A stretch of DNA of 64,000 bases, taken from positions 54,758,922-54,822,921 of the forward strand of contig NC_079163.1 of the NCBI RefSeq assembly GCF_947563725.1, given 5' to 3'. The position numbers and the translations under genes were made by a program. Numbering within the stretch: position 1 is the first letter of the stretch; each line of letters begins with the position of its first letter. Shown here piece after piece: positions 42,098 through 57,529 of this stretch. A model generated the notes under the pieces. That model was not told where the DNA came from. It saw nothing but the letters and a program-made list of their open reading frames with translations, and did no database searches. The stretch is from Argiope bruennichi. Its lineage: Eukaryota.

Positions 42098-42274
42098 CGT
42101 TTAGAAGCACAGTCAGTTTCAGTGATGCCCCAGCGCAGATCCACTTCATTAATTTTGACAAACACCGAAGCAGCTCTTTTTCTTAACTCAGGAATGACAT
42201 ATCGAATCAACAAATCTCTTTCAGTATGCATATCTTTAAACGTGGAAGAGATGAAAATGCGTACTGTCTGCCAT
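42098..42274 (-). CDS. NWD1-like gene, DUF4062-like domain part 1 (WQTVRIFISSTFKDMHTERDLLIRYVIPELRKRAASVFVKINEVDLRWGITETDCASK).
   Basis: It has a TTTTTTTCAG acceptor and an ACG|GTGTGT donor. The FISSTF...ERD...P.LR...VDLRWG motif string is the hallmark N-terminal domain of NWD1-type NACHT proteins. Confidence 0.65.
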
Positions 42275-43095
42275 CTGAAAAAAAGTTAAAATATGCAATT
42301 CTGGAGTTCTTAAATTATTTATAATAACAGAAGACAAAAATTGTGCAATTGATATGTAAAAAATTAAATACAATATTTTTAAACAATAATCCTCAGCAAG
42401 GGTTAAAGGATTTCATAAAATTATACACTCTCATGTCAGCAATTCTTTTACCATAATCTATATGTCAATGTGGGGAAGTTTTAAAGAATTGAGGGCCCTA
42501 AACTGAGTAATTTGGCATCCCCATCAGAACATAGGAAATTTAAGCGCCTATGATCCAAAAAATAAATCTCTAACAGAGGTACAAAAAATAAGCAGTCCTT
42601 GACATTCTTTCTATCTCACGTAGAGTTGAGGACTTTCTAACTGACTGCCACTGCATTAATATTTTTTGAACTCATTTACATGTTAAATATATAAGGTTAA
42701 AAATCGATGGCTGTAGTTAAAAGTCCTAATAATAGTTTTACTTTTATAACATTTAATGTTATAATTAAATATTTTTTGCTATGAATTAAAATAAAATCAG
42801 AATAGCAGTATATATAGTATGCTATCCATTTTTAAGAATTCATTGTAACACTCACTTAATATATGTAAGTGTTGATTTTACCAATATAATTTTAAAGTTT
42901 ACCAATATAATTCTATAGTTTTGCCAATATAATAAAGTTTATTTTCTTTCAATTATGATCGATAACAAATATGTTTTATGCATAATTTTATTTCTATACA
43001 TATAGTTTTCGTTTTAATTATTAAAAACTAAGAGAAAAAATGCATAAGCCTGAATTAAAATGCAATAGAACAATTGAAAATATCTGAAAACTCAC

Positions 43096-43251
43096 TTAGG
43101 AACTTTTGTCAACACAGGAAGTTTTTCTTGTTCTGGTAAAACATTGAGTTTTTTACATTTTTTAGAAACTACTTTATTTTGAAGATCATATTTCAGATCA
43201 ATGTTTTCAACATATGTAAGCTGTCCTCCACTGGATCGTTCAGCAATAAAT
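43096..43251 (-). CDS. NWD1-like gene exon (FIAERSSGGQLTYVENIDLKYDLQNKVVSKKCKKLNVLPEQEKLPVLTKVP).
   Basis: It has a TTCTTTCAG acceptor and a GTGAGT donor, and the phase is consistent. Confidence 0.5.
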
Positions 43252-43983
43252 CTGAAAGAATTTTTTTTAAAAAAAGGTTTCTATATAGAAACTAATAAAA
43301 ATAAGAAAAAGTACCAATCAACACACATGGTATTTCAAAATACAAGGAAAATGTCAATTTATTATCATTGACTTTATGTAAAAATAAAACAGTTAACGTT
43401 CATTTAAAAAATTCTTTGAAATTTTACTATTCCACATGTTAACACAACATCTTATCGCAAGCAGCATAAAAAGAGTGGAATATGTCTATTTATTGATAAT
43501 AATTAAATCCCTAACAAATTTTCAATGAAAAATGAATATTTTTCATTAAACTCTTCGTCTCAGAATGAATTTGAGCTATTAAAGTTCTAAATTTTGGTAC
43601 ATAAATACAAATATAAGTAGCTGTATTTGCTACATCATACATATGACCATTGTTCTTTTTTTTTAAATAATATTTAGAAGAAAATTTCAAAATAATTTAG
43701 ATTTAAATTAATCCCTCTCTCATTAGAAGAAAGAAAACGAAATATATATTTTAAAGTTATATGAAGATCATTCATTAGTTTGTTAGAATAAAATCTTCTA
43801 AAAGTTGAATTTTTTTAATTAGCATAACAATTTGTATAATGAAATAAAAAAATATCACTTTAAAAAACGAATGAACAACAATTTAAAAAATTTCAACAAT
43901 AAATGGATTATTGTTGAAATTGCCTAAATTATAATAAATGAACTTCGTTATAATAAATGAATTCTGAGGTCACAATTATATAC

Positions 43984-45081
<1,098 letters not shown>

Positions 45082-45534
45082 TATATATAGCATATTTTAG
45101 ACCTCTGATGCACAAAAATAAAAAGAATATAAATAACAGGTTCACAGGCCATTACTATTACTACAAAAGGCTATATCGCATTTTGAAGTGATGTACTACT
45201 GACTACGTATAATACACTAGACTAATATGAACATTATTCATTCGCTAGTTAACAGGATTTTATTGAAACTGTCTAATGTTAAAAAATATGTATATAATGC
45301 TTATAAAATAATTTTTAATGCTAAAAGAATAAATATATAATGCTTATAAATTATTAATTTCATTTCCTAAGCGTTTAAAGACTTCCTGATGTTCAAACTA
45401 TTTAACTTAGAAAAAAAATTTAAATAGGTTTAAAAAATTGCATTGTAAATCTTACAAAATCAGTGTTTCAGAAAACATTCATAATTTCTATTTATTAATA
45501 AATACAGAAGCAATAAACGAAATAAAGTACTTAC

Positions 45535-45603
45535 TTGACTAACTGAGTAGCATTTCCACCAAGGTAAACATCTTTACCATCAGCACTATCAGATTCATCT
45601 AAA
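45535..45603 (-). CDS. NWD1-like gene exon (SLDESDSADGKDVYLGGNATQLVK).
   Basis: It has a CACAG acceptor and a GTAAGT donor, and the phase is consistent with its neighbours. Confidence 0.45.
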
Positions 45604-46630
45604 CTGTGAAAAAAAAAAAAAAAACGTTAATCAAATGTAGATAATGATTTCCATGCAGTAATAACTTGTAAATGCCGAGTTGTTATATAGGATGAAAAAC
45701 AAAAAAGCCACGAATTACTAAACATATAACATAGAAAACATACAAGAGAACTAAAACTTTATTTCGTAAACTTTCAGAAGCACATACATTTCATTTAACT
45801 ACGAACCACAAGCAGACAGTATTTTATATTGAACCGTTTCTTGGCTAATGGTTCCACTAATATGAGACGGATGGAAGCTAGAAGTTAATACCGTAGCATT
45901 TTATTTTAGTGCTATTTCATATTGTTATTCTTAAATTTAATCGTGGGATAATTTATTAATGTATATTCATAAAGCTTGCATGAATAAAATGAAGCTTATC
46001 ATGTGTACTAAAAATTCGCCTACTTCAGTGGTTTTTAGAACTTCCATACGTCACTGTAATAAATTATTACCCTTTTCGAAGCAAAGTTAATATAAATTTC
46101 ACTGCTTTAGCTTGAACACTAGGTCCCAACGAGCTTCTTTAAAATATAGAACAAACAGTTTATTTTATCTGTTGCATTTCTAAATACTGGTATTCCCGTT
46201 GCGAAGTTGGTTAACACCCGACAGTTGAAGTGAAAGGTTGTTTGCTCAGGAGCAGAGAGCTTGGCAATGGCTGCAATTATTCATTTATAATTAAGCTTCA
46301 TTATATTAAATTTCTTTTTTTCTATCTTGTAAATGACTTTTAAATTCTTACAGTAATGTCTAAATAAAAATATGTACGTCTTTAATAGACTAGTCATTAA
46401 AACCCCTGAGGCAAAAAAATGCGCATTTAAACCCCACATCGATGCCACACTATCGTACATGTTTTATGTTAATTTAGAAAGAAAGTAATTTGCCTTTCCG
46501 AAAAAATATTAACACAGAAATAATAACTAATCAGCGAAATATTACATAACATTTATATACATTATGTCGCAAATCATTTTTTTATATATTTATTATAAAT
46601 ATATTTGGTTTCGTAAACCACAATACGTAC

Positions 46631-46779
46631 CTAGAGTTACTCATAAAAAAATCCACATCTGTATACAGCAATTCAGGGTTAACCATTTCCCGATATTTAT
46701 GAAGAAAAGATTTGATTATTTTTTTAACAGTTTCGTCACCATCCGAGCCAGATCCTCTGAGAACTATCACATGATCTAA
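46631..46779 (-). CDS. NWD1-like STAND gene, most 5' coding exon seen (LDHVIVLRGSGSDGDETVKKIIKSFLHKYREMVNPELLYTDVDFFMSNS). A possible ATG lies at MVNPE.
   Basis: A CCTTAG acceptor (plus 46780-46785) and a CTAG|GTACGT donor (plus 46625-46630) flank it. The phase chains into the next exons. The track's leading M for this ORF is a GTG start, not an ATG. Confidence 0.5.
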
Positions 46780-47224
46780 CTAAGGGGGGAAAAAAGCAAT
46801 ATTTCAAATAGCTTTTTTCGACACACATTTGCAAACTAACATGAAAAATGGTTTGAAAATTACGTTAAACAGTATAGCTTCTTAAATATTTTCCATTTGC
46901 GACTTTGGCTACAAGATGCAATTCGACGACAAAAATAATTCGAATGGAAATATTTTTGTTACTCAAAATTTACATATACAGTAAGAGTGGAAAGTATTCG
47001 TATAATAATAATAGTTACGCATTAAAGAAGTCTCATTGTTAAAAACAACACACTTAAAATGCACGATAAGTCATTAAGTATATATAACCAAATATACTTT
47101 AATATTTCTATGTAAAATTTAGATTGAAATAGTTGCATAAATAATTAAAAAGTTTATTAAGCAAAATATCATTTAGTGGTCTAAAAAGTATTCGTGCAAT
47201 ATACATGATATTAACTATTTTTTA

Positions 47225-47440
47225 TCAATACCTTTTGTAGTATGTCTTAAGAATAATTGCTTTGAGTCTAGTTGGCATTCTTTCGATCAAATTTGCTGTC
47301 TCTGAGCTATATATAAAGAACCATTCTAGTTTCGAGAATTTATTACATAATTTGTATAGGAAATCTGTAGATTTATAACCTTTTTCAACCGAAAGTTTTC
47401 CATAGATGTTCAATGGGATTGAAGTCAAGTGGCTGAGAAT
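47225..47440 (-). mobile_element. Tc1-like transposase C-terminal fragment (…WFFIYSSETANLIERMPTRLKAIILK…).
   Basis: ORF 47225..47428 resembles the Tc1 tail seen at 17459-17710 (ESMPRRLEAIVKANG). Confidence 0.35.
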
Positions 47441-50400
47441 GAAATTTTATAAACCTTAGGATGTTAAACCATATCCAGAGAATGGTTCATAGATTTGTAT
47501 GTTTTGGGTAATTAATGCAAGAAAGCGTAATTATCGTTCAGCCTCATTTTTGTCACAACAGATTGGAAATCATTTTTCTAAATATTAACAGAAAAAAGTA
47601 ATTATGGTACTTAAGATATTTATTAAGAGCAGTTATCCTGCAGAAATGCATTTTCCGATTCACAGGAATTTCTTTATATGCATGTAATAAAAATTTAGCG
47701 CATTTGCTTTTATTTCTAAAAAACTTGCCATAATTTGCTTTTTTTTTTCAATAAATTTTTAATTGCCTTTTTTGTATATAGGAGAAAAAATGCTTTAAAA
47801 CATTAAAAAAATCCTATAATTTAACTGCTATAACTAATTTAATTTGGAGATAATTTTGAGAATCCCACACAAAAAACAAAAAATTCCATTTTTATAAATG
47901 GAAATGAAAAAATTTCAATTTAAATTCCAAATTTCAAATCGGCTGGAGTTCGTCACAATTTCTTTCCACATAATTACAATAAGCAAATAGCACTTTTTTT
48001 GCTTCATACCTGATAATTGAACATAATTAATTAGGAGTAGGCACCCGTTTAATTGACCTCGGCTTGATGAAATGAAAGCAACAGATTTGAACTTTCAAGC
48101 ATGCTATTGTTGTGTTACACTGATAAAAATATCGAAATATCTAGAATGGATTGAAAATGCTTGACCAGATTTTGATTTTGAACTAGAAGCAGGAGAAGCC
48201 CGGTGACTAAGGCTGTAGAACACAACAAAGCTTGAATTATTTAAAATACTTAATTTTTTATAACTTTTGCCGAGTGTTCTTTAACTAAATATCGAATATC
48301 ATATACAAATAAAGATTTAATAAAACGCTTCTTAATCAAATCCCAATATGGTTGCAAAAATTAAGTTTCATCAAGTCGAAAAAACCGGAGTTGTATCTCA
48401 CAGCAATTTAGAACAGCTTGAACTGGTGTTAAAACTCGCTTAGTGCGCATGGAGAAATGATGTACAAATAAAACATAAAAGGCGTTCATATGTCCCTACC
48501 GTGGTTGTAGCAGCCCATCGGTAATCATGAGAAGAAATGAGATTTTTTTAATGCTATTATAAGATTTTCCATTCTCAATTCCCCCCCCCCCTTTTCATTC
48601 TTATTCCCTTGTTAGCATAAAAATTTCTTTGCGATTTAATTAAACACGAATTGGAATATTTATAAAACTTGCTTCTTAATCAATATATTCTTATAATGAT
48701 ATTTGCGAATTTTTAATGCATGGTCGTAGATTTTAATATGAAGCCTCGTATTCCTACCAACTAAAAAATTAAGAAACCGATTTTGATAAGTATGAAATAT
48801 GGAAACAGAAAGAGGACATTGCCTTAGTTATAGCTTTTTAATTTATTTATATTTTTAAGATTTTTTTTTCATCTGCATCAAATGCTAAAATCTACAATCT
48901 GGAAGACTTGACGAAAGATTAAAACCGTTGAAAGAAAGGGTAACAACGCTATTTACATAACAGATTTACATCACTTAAAATAAAATCCCCCCCCCTCTTT
49001 CTAGAGAAAACATATTGCAACTGTATCAATCTCAACATATTCAATGCTACAATATTAGGATATATTGCAGTAACATACTCGGTAACAGGAGATAGTTTAA
49101 CTTAAAATATGTTACCTGATAAAAATTAAAAAAAAAAAAAAATACAGAAGGAATACAGAGCATTTTAAAAATACAGGGCATTGGTTCGTTAATGCACAGA
49201 TTCTTTCCTCTTTCTTTAGGTTGTCATAGCACTTTTACCGTTTTTTTTTTTTTTGTCGCATTTTCATTTTTTTTTTATTCCGTTTTCTACGTCTTTTTTT
49301 TTTTTTTTTTTTTTTCACCAGACTTAAAGATTTCCGTTTAGGGGCCATATTCACTATAAGAAATCTAAAGTAAAACTGAATTTAAAGTGAAAATCTCGAT
49401 CACAATTAATGGAAAAAATTCTTAGAATAGATGCTAAAAATTACATATGATTCATCCGTAAGTATTTATTGCTTTTTTGCAAAAGCTTTCCGTTCTTTCG
49501 AGATTTTCTGTTGAAATTAAAAATCAGCGAAATAGATTTTTTTTTTCGATATACGGTAATTGGGGGATATGAGGGTTTCAGTGTATCTTCTAAAATTTAA
49601 TTTAAGCTTATATTCACTGAATTAAAATGTAGCACGAGGTCGAATATTAAAAATTTGTTAACAAAAAATTAACAATAAGTTAACCAAAATTAAAATGCAA
49701 CAAAAACTCGTGTATAGATGTCAAAAATATTTCTATTTAAATAAGCATAATCTTTACTAATTCATGTTAAATAACTGGTAACAATATTGTTATATCGAGG
49801 GTTGAATTCGATACAATTTGTTGGTAAATTAATAGACAATCAGAGTTGATTTTGCAATACATATTTTTCGCTAACTTATCATCAAAAATATGTATATGTA
49901 CTGTTAGACATTCAACATGAAAAAGACCATTTGTTTGAGATGTGTATTTAAAATGTATGACAAGCACGGTTTTTATTCGATTAAATGAATTAAAAATCAT
50001 ATTGTGCTATTAAGAGTAAGGTATTTACACCCTCCCTTCACCTTCTAGCTTTGCCAAAAGAAGCCTGCTATTGAGAAAAGATCGCATTTTTAAAATTAAG
50101 GAATCGAGCTCTTTGTCATACGTCAATGAAGTCCACAAACTTTTCAAAAACTAAGACGCAGATATACGATCTCCCCTCCCCCAAATGCGTTGCCAATGGA
50201 ACATGAAAAACAGGGAACTTGTAAGTATTCACTTAGCCAATACACGAGCGAAAAAGAAGCTCTACAGTTTCAAAGCCTTAAAGAAACGCTAACGTAAGCA
50301 TAAATGAATAACACCTGCATGAAATCACAGGTAAATCTATTAAGAAATCTTCATTTCGTACCAATGGTAACTACAAAATGGTGTGAGGAAGATTCGTTTC

Positions 50401-51751
50401 ATAATCCACCCTTATAAAGTTCAAACAAGTAGCAACAGAAATATAGGATTAATAGAAAAACGCAACTTGGGATTTTACAAAGTAAGTTCAATTTTTTAAT
50501 AAAATTTTGATTTTGATACTCGTTAAGAAAATTTCAAGAATGGCATTTCGAATAAGAAAAGTAACTATACGACGATTATAATAGAAGATACTAATTATCA
50601 AACTATAATATTTATCATTGCTAGATAGTATTTGTAACAGCATTTTGATTTTCGTATTATGAAAGAAAAATTCAAGAATTAAATTTTTTTTGTGTGGAAT
50701 TTATTTGATAGATATCGATTAATTATCGAGTCATAGTACTAAATCTAATATGTAATAAAATAAAGAATTTGAATGATTAAAATTTATTTTAATTTATTGC
50801 AGAAAATATAGCTGCAAATAACTGATTAAATCGTATACTTTTAATTTTATTATTATTTAATAATCACGATTCTGATGTGCATACATTAGTGTGTGTTAAT
50901 TAATTTTTACATTTTAGTTAAACATTTTTCAAATGATATTTCTGTATGGATAATCTTTTAAATTTTTAAAGAATATTTTCAGTATTTAACAGCTATTTAT
51001 CACGATTTTACAATCACAAAAACACTAATCTATAAATTAAAATATATAAAATAAAATAATCCCAAAGCATAAGCATGACCGGAAATTCTACTAAAATTGT
51101 GATGTTTGCTAAAATATTTTTAAGAGTATAATCCTTGTGACATTTAAAATTTTAAAATAACATTTCAAACTGCTGAAATTTACAGAATATTCATTTTTCC
51201 AAAGAGTTCATTATAGTCCTTTTTTTTATTATTTATTTATTTATTTATTTATTTTTTGCTTTTTCAACACTTGAAAATTTTTAAAATAGCATTATATGTT
51301 TGAATAGTTAGGATAAGGGAGAGGTAAGGGTACAATAATCTATTTTTTGAAATAATTATTCATTACAAAGTGGAAATACCGACAGAATTTTAAAAGCAAC
51401 TTCTTAGAAACAATTTCCGCTTGGATATATAAGTTTAAATTTTTTAATCAAAATAAAGTTACTCACTTTCTTTATATAATTTTCTTCGATTTTCGCAATA
51501 TAATTCAAAATAACGGGGAATATAAATAATTTTTGGACAGACACATAAGAATATTACATGGAATCAAAATTTAAAAAAAAAAAAAATAATAAAACTATTA
51601 ACCCTTTCTAGAGCCGTGGGAAGTATGCTTCCCACCAAATTTATCAATCTTTGTATGAATTTATGAAGGTTGGCATAAGTTCTCACAAATTTTTTTAGAA
51701 AGACAGAAATTTAGATGCTTTAGTTCTTTATTTATTAGGTAATCTAGAATT

Positions 51752-51985
51752 TTCGACTTACTGACCTCTCATCGATGTCTAACTGTACAAGATGACAGCA
51801 TTGTACGGTTTCTTCAATTATAAATCATGATCACACTTAGGATACACAACGAACTTATGAATAAAGTTTAATAGGCAATACTGACCTTTCGATGCTCTAC
51901 ATTATTGATTTCTTATTGACGTTTAACTGCATTAGAAAGACAGCACTGTAAGGCTTCTTGAATTATAAATCGCGATCAGGCTTAG
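51752..51985. repeat. Two tandem copies of a ~110 bp unit (…CTGACCTYTCRATG…ACAGCAYTGTA…CTTCAATTATAAATCRYGATCA…CTTAGG).
   Basis: The two copies can be aligned by eye. Confidence 0.5.
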
Positions 51986-53685
51986 GTCTAAGGAAGCTAA
52001 GATAGCAAATACTTCCTCCAGATTCTTTAAAATAATTTTTAAAAGAAATGCTTTCAATTAAAATTTTTAAATCAAAATATAGAAAATTAAATTTATTCAG
52101 ATTTTTAATGAAATAAAACTTTATTTGTATAATTTATTTTGATAAGTTTCAGTACGTCTGGGATTATGAAATATTTTTTTAAAACGGAAAGCCATCGTGA
52201 CTTAAAACAAAAAAAAACAGCTTTATTGCATAAAAAATCGTTTTATCAAAGAAAAACTATATATGTAAGAATTTTATAAGTTTTCCTGACAAAAAAGTAA
52301 AAGAAAGAAACTGCTGTTGCAAAAATTCTGAAACCGAATTATTTATTATTTATATTTTAATTGGAATTTTAAATAAATAGAAAATTAAGAGAAATGTCGA
52401 TGCTTTCCCGCAGTAACTTCCAAAAATATTATTGAAAAAAAACTTTTATTCATGCAATTATGTAATTTTGTAAACAATAATTAAGACGTTATAACGACAA
52501 AAATTGTGAAATTAGCATGTATATAAACTTAAATGTTATATATATAGAAAATGACAAGAGAGAATGTTTAATTTTTGCATCCCACAAATTTTCTTAATAT
52601 TAAAAAATTATTTAAAATAGAAAACGAAAATAACACACCAAACTGAATATACTTGAGTCGAAGAGAAAATACTAAGAGATATAAACCAATTAACAAGTTT
52701 TGCAGAGTTTCTGGCTGCAAATAAGTTAGCCCAGGATTACAATCATCCATCATTGCTTTATTATTTCAACTAGGACTTACAATTTTAGTTTCTAAATTTA
52801 TATTATATTATAACATTATACGTCAATTTAAATCATTCGCTTATACAACTAATCAATATTATAATAAAACAAATATTTTAGTTTTATATTTTTATAAGAC
52901 GGATTCAAGTTCCAAAAATATAGTTTCGTTTTTCTATCAAAAAAAGAACCAAATAATCTCGATACCATTTTAAAATATCTGAATTCAATTCAAACAGCGG
53001 ATATTTAAAACAGCCGAATAGCTAAAATATTACAGGAATGAGAAAAAATTAATTGAATAGCAAGTTTCAGGTATAATAAAAAATTTACAATTTAATGTAA
53101 ATCATTATTATATATTCAATGAATTAGTGATAGATAACATTCCATAGAGCTTATTATTATTATTTTGATTTATTATTTTTTTAATTAAAGAATTTAAGTT
53201 TTTCTACATTTTTTGGAAGTACCAAGCACAAAAAGCGATTTTAATTTAATTCACAGATCTACATTTAATACTCTCAAATAATCAGCAAGTCAGACAGTGA
53301 CTAAAGAGTTTTCAAATTTTAATGTCTTCCTGTATACACATAAATCGCATAAATATGAAATGTATATTTTATGTGCAAGATTTTTTAACAATTTTTAATA
53401 ATTTTTTCAATTTAAAACTCAATTATTGCTTTCAATACAATGTAATAATATGTTAATACCATAGTTAAAAATGTTATTGATTGGAAAAGAATTTGCATTA
53501 GTTATATTTAATTTACAATAATCAAATATAAAAATTTTATTAAAAATATTTACGAAAGTTTTGATTCAACGCCTTCATTTATTTGTCATTTTATATCAGT
53601 CCTTTTAAAGACATATGAATAGAGCTCTGCTGCACTTGTATTTGAAATAATATTCTATCATTGCATATTTTTACCAAAGCATTGA

Positions 53686-56295
53686 ATGCTTTTCTTTCAG
53701 ATGAAATTCTTTGATAAGCTCTGCCTTTTACTTTTCCTCACAAATGTGGACTCCCGACTGAAGGAGCAACATCGGCCATGCTCATTCAATCCTTTATGCA
53801 CATGCTCCAATGGAGGTCCAGATTTAGGTTCCGTATGCTGCCATAACATGCCATTAATGACTGTTCCATCTCAAATCAATAATTCTGCAATTTACATCAT
53901 GAGTCTTAAGGATAACAAATTGCGTTATCTAGAAGATAATAGTTTAAATGGAACTGGGCTCTGGAAACTTCAGATTAACAACAATCTGCTCACGGATTTA
54001 CCGCCCAACGCTTTAGCGGGACTCGAGAAAACATTATCGATTCTAGATTTGAGAAACAATAACTTAATACGAATACCAAAAGAAGCAATACAGAACTTAG
54101 AGAAACTAAGTAATTTGAATTTGGCTGATAACAAAATTGCCTTCTTACAAACAGATGATTTTCGCAATTTGGGTACTAGTTTAAAAGTTTTAGATTTATC
54201 TGAAAACGCTCTAATGCAAGTTCAAAATGACGCATTTCGTAATATGGTATCTTTAGAACTTTTGAATCTTGCACATAACTCCATAATTTCAATTGATGAT
54301 ATAACGTTTCATGGAGGGTTGAATAATTTAAAGCATATAAATCTTATGGGTAATCAGCTTCAGCAAATACCACTGAATGCTCTGGCTAGTTTTAAAAATA
54401 TTAAAACCGTAAACTTGAATGAAAATCTGATTTCCACTATATCCGAAGGAAGGGAAATAAGAAACCGCATCTATTTAGATGAACTGCATCTTGAACACAA
54501 TCTTATAGAAGAATTGACAGCAGAAAGCTTCAGACTTTTTAATCAAGTAAACCGTATCTTTTTGAAGGGCAATCCAATTACAACAATTAATGACACTTTT
54601 CTGACAGCCAATACAACTGAAATTTATATGCCTCATTGTTCGATATCAGAAATAACAAAAAATGCATTTTTTAGTTCAACACATTCATTGCAAGTTTTAG
54701 ACCTTAGTTATAATAAAATAAAAGAATTTCCCTTTTTACCACTGACAAAGTTAAACAAATTATCACTTTCTGGAAATTCTCTAAAAGAAGTTACGCCGGA
54801 AGATATTAAGTATTGTGGGAATCCATTGAAATATCTAGATATTTCTGGATTAAAGATGAATGGGTTGTCGCAAGAAAGCATGAAATATTTACCAAACATA
54901 AGAGAGTTATCACTCAATAAACCAACGCCAGTTATCAATACAGAATACTTACAAGACATTGGACCTTCAATGGAAAAACTATCTTTGACAAGAAGTTCAA
55001 TCAAAGTAATTGAAAATGGAGCATTTCACAGACTAAGCGGATTAAAAACATTAGATCTATCCCATAATGTCATATCAAAAATCGGAAATACCACTTTCAG
55101 GGATGTAAAGCATTCATTAGAAAAACTTGTTTTGCATAATGCTTTAAAATTAACATTATTCCCATATAAAGTCTTAAATTCTCTATCAAAGTTGGAATAT
55201 TTAGATACGAGTAGCAATCGTATCCAATATTTAACACAGAATTCTTTTTCGTCATTTCAAAACTTGAGATATTTAAATTTAAATCATAATGAACTGAAAA
55301 ATCTAGATCCGAATATAGTAAATGATATGCATAATCCAAACCTCTCATACCTGAAAGTAGCATTTAACAAAATTAGAGAACTAAAAACCCACATATTTCG
55401 AAATTTGCGAAATCTGATTTATTTGCAACTAAATGATAATTTGATTGACAACATACACAAATCTGCCTTTCTTGATTTAGACTCGGTAATGATTATTCGT
55501 CTAGAAGGGAATTTGATCAAAACCATTGATAATGAAGCATTCCAAAATTTGCCCAATATTCAGTTAATAAATTTGGGATATAATCAGCTATCTTCTTTCA
55601 ATTTGGAAGCTTTTAACCAGGTAGGAAGATTATCAACTTTAAGGATAGATGTAGATCACAACAACATTCAGAATTTAACAGGAAATTATACGGTTATTCA
55701 TACTTCAAGCAACATAAAGTATCTCAATTTTAGCTATAACAATATATCCTATTTGGACACCAACTACTTAGATCCAATAAGGCTGTCACTTACAGTCTTA
55801 GACTTAAGCCATAATAAATTGGTAAACTTAACTTCCCAGGCATTTACAAATCTGGCTCATCTGCAGACCCTAATACTTTCAAATAACGAGATTGAAAGCA
55901 TAGAAGAAGAAGAATTTAAAGGTCTCCGATCTATACAAATATTAGATTTATCAAAAAATAACTTAAATACTCTACCAGAAAATTTATTTGAAAGACAAAA
56001 GCAATTAAGAATACTTTCATTGGCATACAATGAGATGGAACAGATACCTGCAGATATTTTTAAAAATACTATAATCGAGCAACTAGATTTATCATTTAAT
56101 GACTTGCAAGAATTTCCAGAAGATTCAACATTTCATATCAAAGATACTCTGCAGTTAATCGACTTAACTGGAAATGCAATAGAATTCCTTAATTTCAGCA
56201 ATATAGCATCATTGCCAAATTTACGGTATCTGGACCTTTCCCGAAACACACTAACTCTACTTAGTTCAACAGAAGAAATGCAACTACCACATCTA
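53686..56295 (+). CDS. chp: Chaoptin-like LRR protein, exon 1 (870 codons, phase 0-0). It encodes a signal peptide, an LRRNT cysteine cluster (PCSFNPLCTCS...DLGSVCCHN) and about 30 LRRs. A GTAAGT donor lies at 56296.
   Basis: The track shows a continuous 892-aa ORF. The LRR consensus LxxLxLxxNxL repeats throughout. Motif blocks match Drosophila chaoptin in order: PC.FN.CTCS..DLG.V.C.N.P, LHLEHNLIEEL...VNRIFLKGNPI and GYNQLSSFNLEAFNQVGRLSTLRIDVDHNNIQNL. The ORF tail after 56295 (VSIINFIFK...) is intron read-through. TTTCTTTCAG immediately precedes the second ATG at 53701, so the true start may be 53701 with a 5'UTR intron upstream. Confidence 0.8.
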
Positions 56296-56734
56296 GTAAG
56301 TATAATTAATTTCATTTTTAAGACGATAAAAAGTCTTTCAAATAATATGTGCAAAACTTTTTAAAAAACTGAACTTTCAAGGAAAAACTGTTGCACTATA
56401 TTGAATTTTGCAAAACAAAATTCAAGTATAAAACTCACAGAAAATAAAAACTATAGCATTAATAAACATAAAATAGTTAATAGTTTATTTTCCAAACATG
56501 ATTCAGACTTTTAGATGTTTTATTGTCTCTTGATCGCAATACATATGCTTAGTTTTACTTAAAAGTTTGTCTCCAGACAACATCGTCAATTTCGTTTCAT
56601 TAACGGGAAATTTTGCTCTCTTTTCTCATCAATAAAAAGAAAATATTCAAATTTTAAAAAAATGTGTAGAAAAAAGATGCTACTATTCAAATTTGTGACA
56701 TAGATCTGAAATATATTCTTATTTTCACTTTCAG

Positions 56735-57529
56735 ATGACCCTGGATTTATCTCACAACATAATAAAAGAATTTCCAGCATGGATGAGTAACCAATTACCC
56801 TCTAGTCTTGAGGAACTCAATTTAGCGAATACAAGTTTGAAAGAAATTCCAGTGCTGACATCGTCGTGTAACGTTTTAGTATTGAACCTGAGTTCCAATA
56901 ATATACAAACGGTGGAACACGAGACATGGGAACAACTAAAGAAAATCCAAATTTTGGACTTATCTAATAATCTGTTGATAAATACATACAACAACGTATG
57001 GTCAAACCTGCAGTATTTAAAAAGCTTGTATTTGCAAAAGAATCCAATACAAAAATTATCAAACAATAGCTTCACGAATATGGAAAGGTTGCAGGAGCTA
57101 TTTATAAAAAATTTGAAATTGCAAGAAATCGATCAAGATACGTTCCATACACTGACAGCATTGAAAAAGATAGAACTAGATACATACACAGGAAGGAGTA
57201 CCAATGTATCTCAACTGTTTCATGGTAACCAAGGAATTCATGAAATACATTTGCATGTACAAGAGAATGGACTGGATGGGATTTTCAACGGAGATCTTCC
57301 TAAATCATTAAAATCTATCATTCTGGAAGGTGATAATTTAAAATACTTCGACGAGTCAGTCTTTTCGAGCATTCGAAGTCATACTCTTAACCTGAATATT
57401 CGAAACTCAAACATCACAAAATTTCCACAGAAGGTTTTTGAAAATATGAAAGAAACAAAAAATTTCACAGCAGCATTTATAAACAACAAGTTGCATACGC
57501 TTGAAAAGCTATACACAACAGAGGGAGAG
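56735..57529 (+). CDS. chp: Chaoptin-like LRR protein, exon 2 (265 codons, phase 0-0). The acceptor is TTTTCACTTTCAG|ATG and the donor is GAG|GTAATG.
   Basis: A 267-aa ORF carries more LRRs (LDLSHNIIKEFP, LDLSNNLL...). It joins exon 1 in phase (…MQLPHL|MTLDLSHN…). The splice consensus is present at both ends. Confidence 0.75.

Noticed and set aside
42037-42231. Track ORF extending the DUF4062 exon through …ASKRCVLFFIYLKTNKNKKFISL
   Set aside because: The tail after ASK is intron read-through. The ACG|GTGTGT donor at 42097/42098 and the exact phase join to exon 40728-40967 support splicing there.
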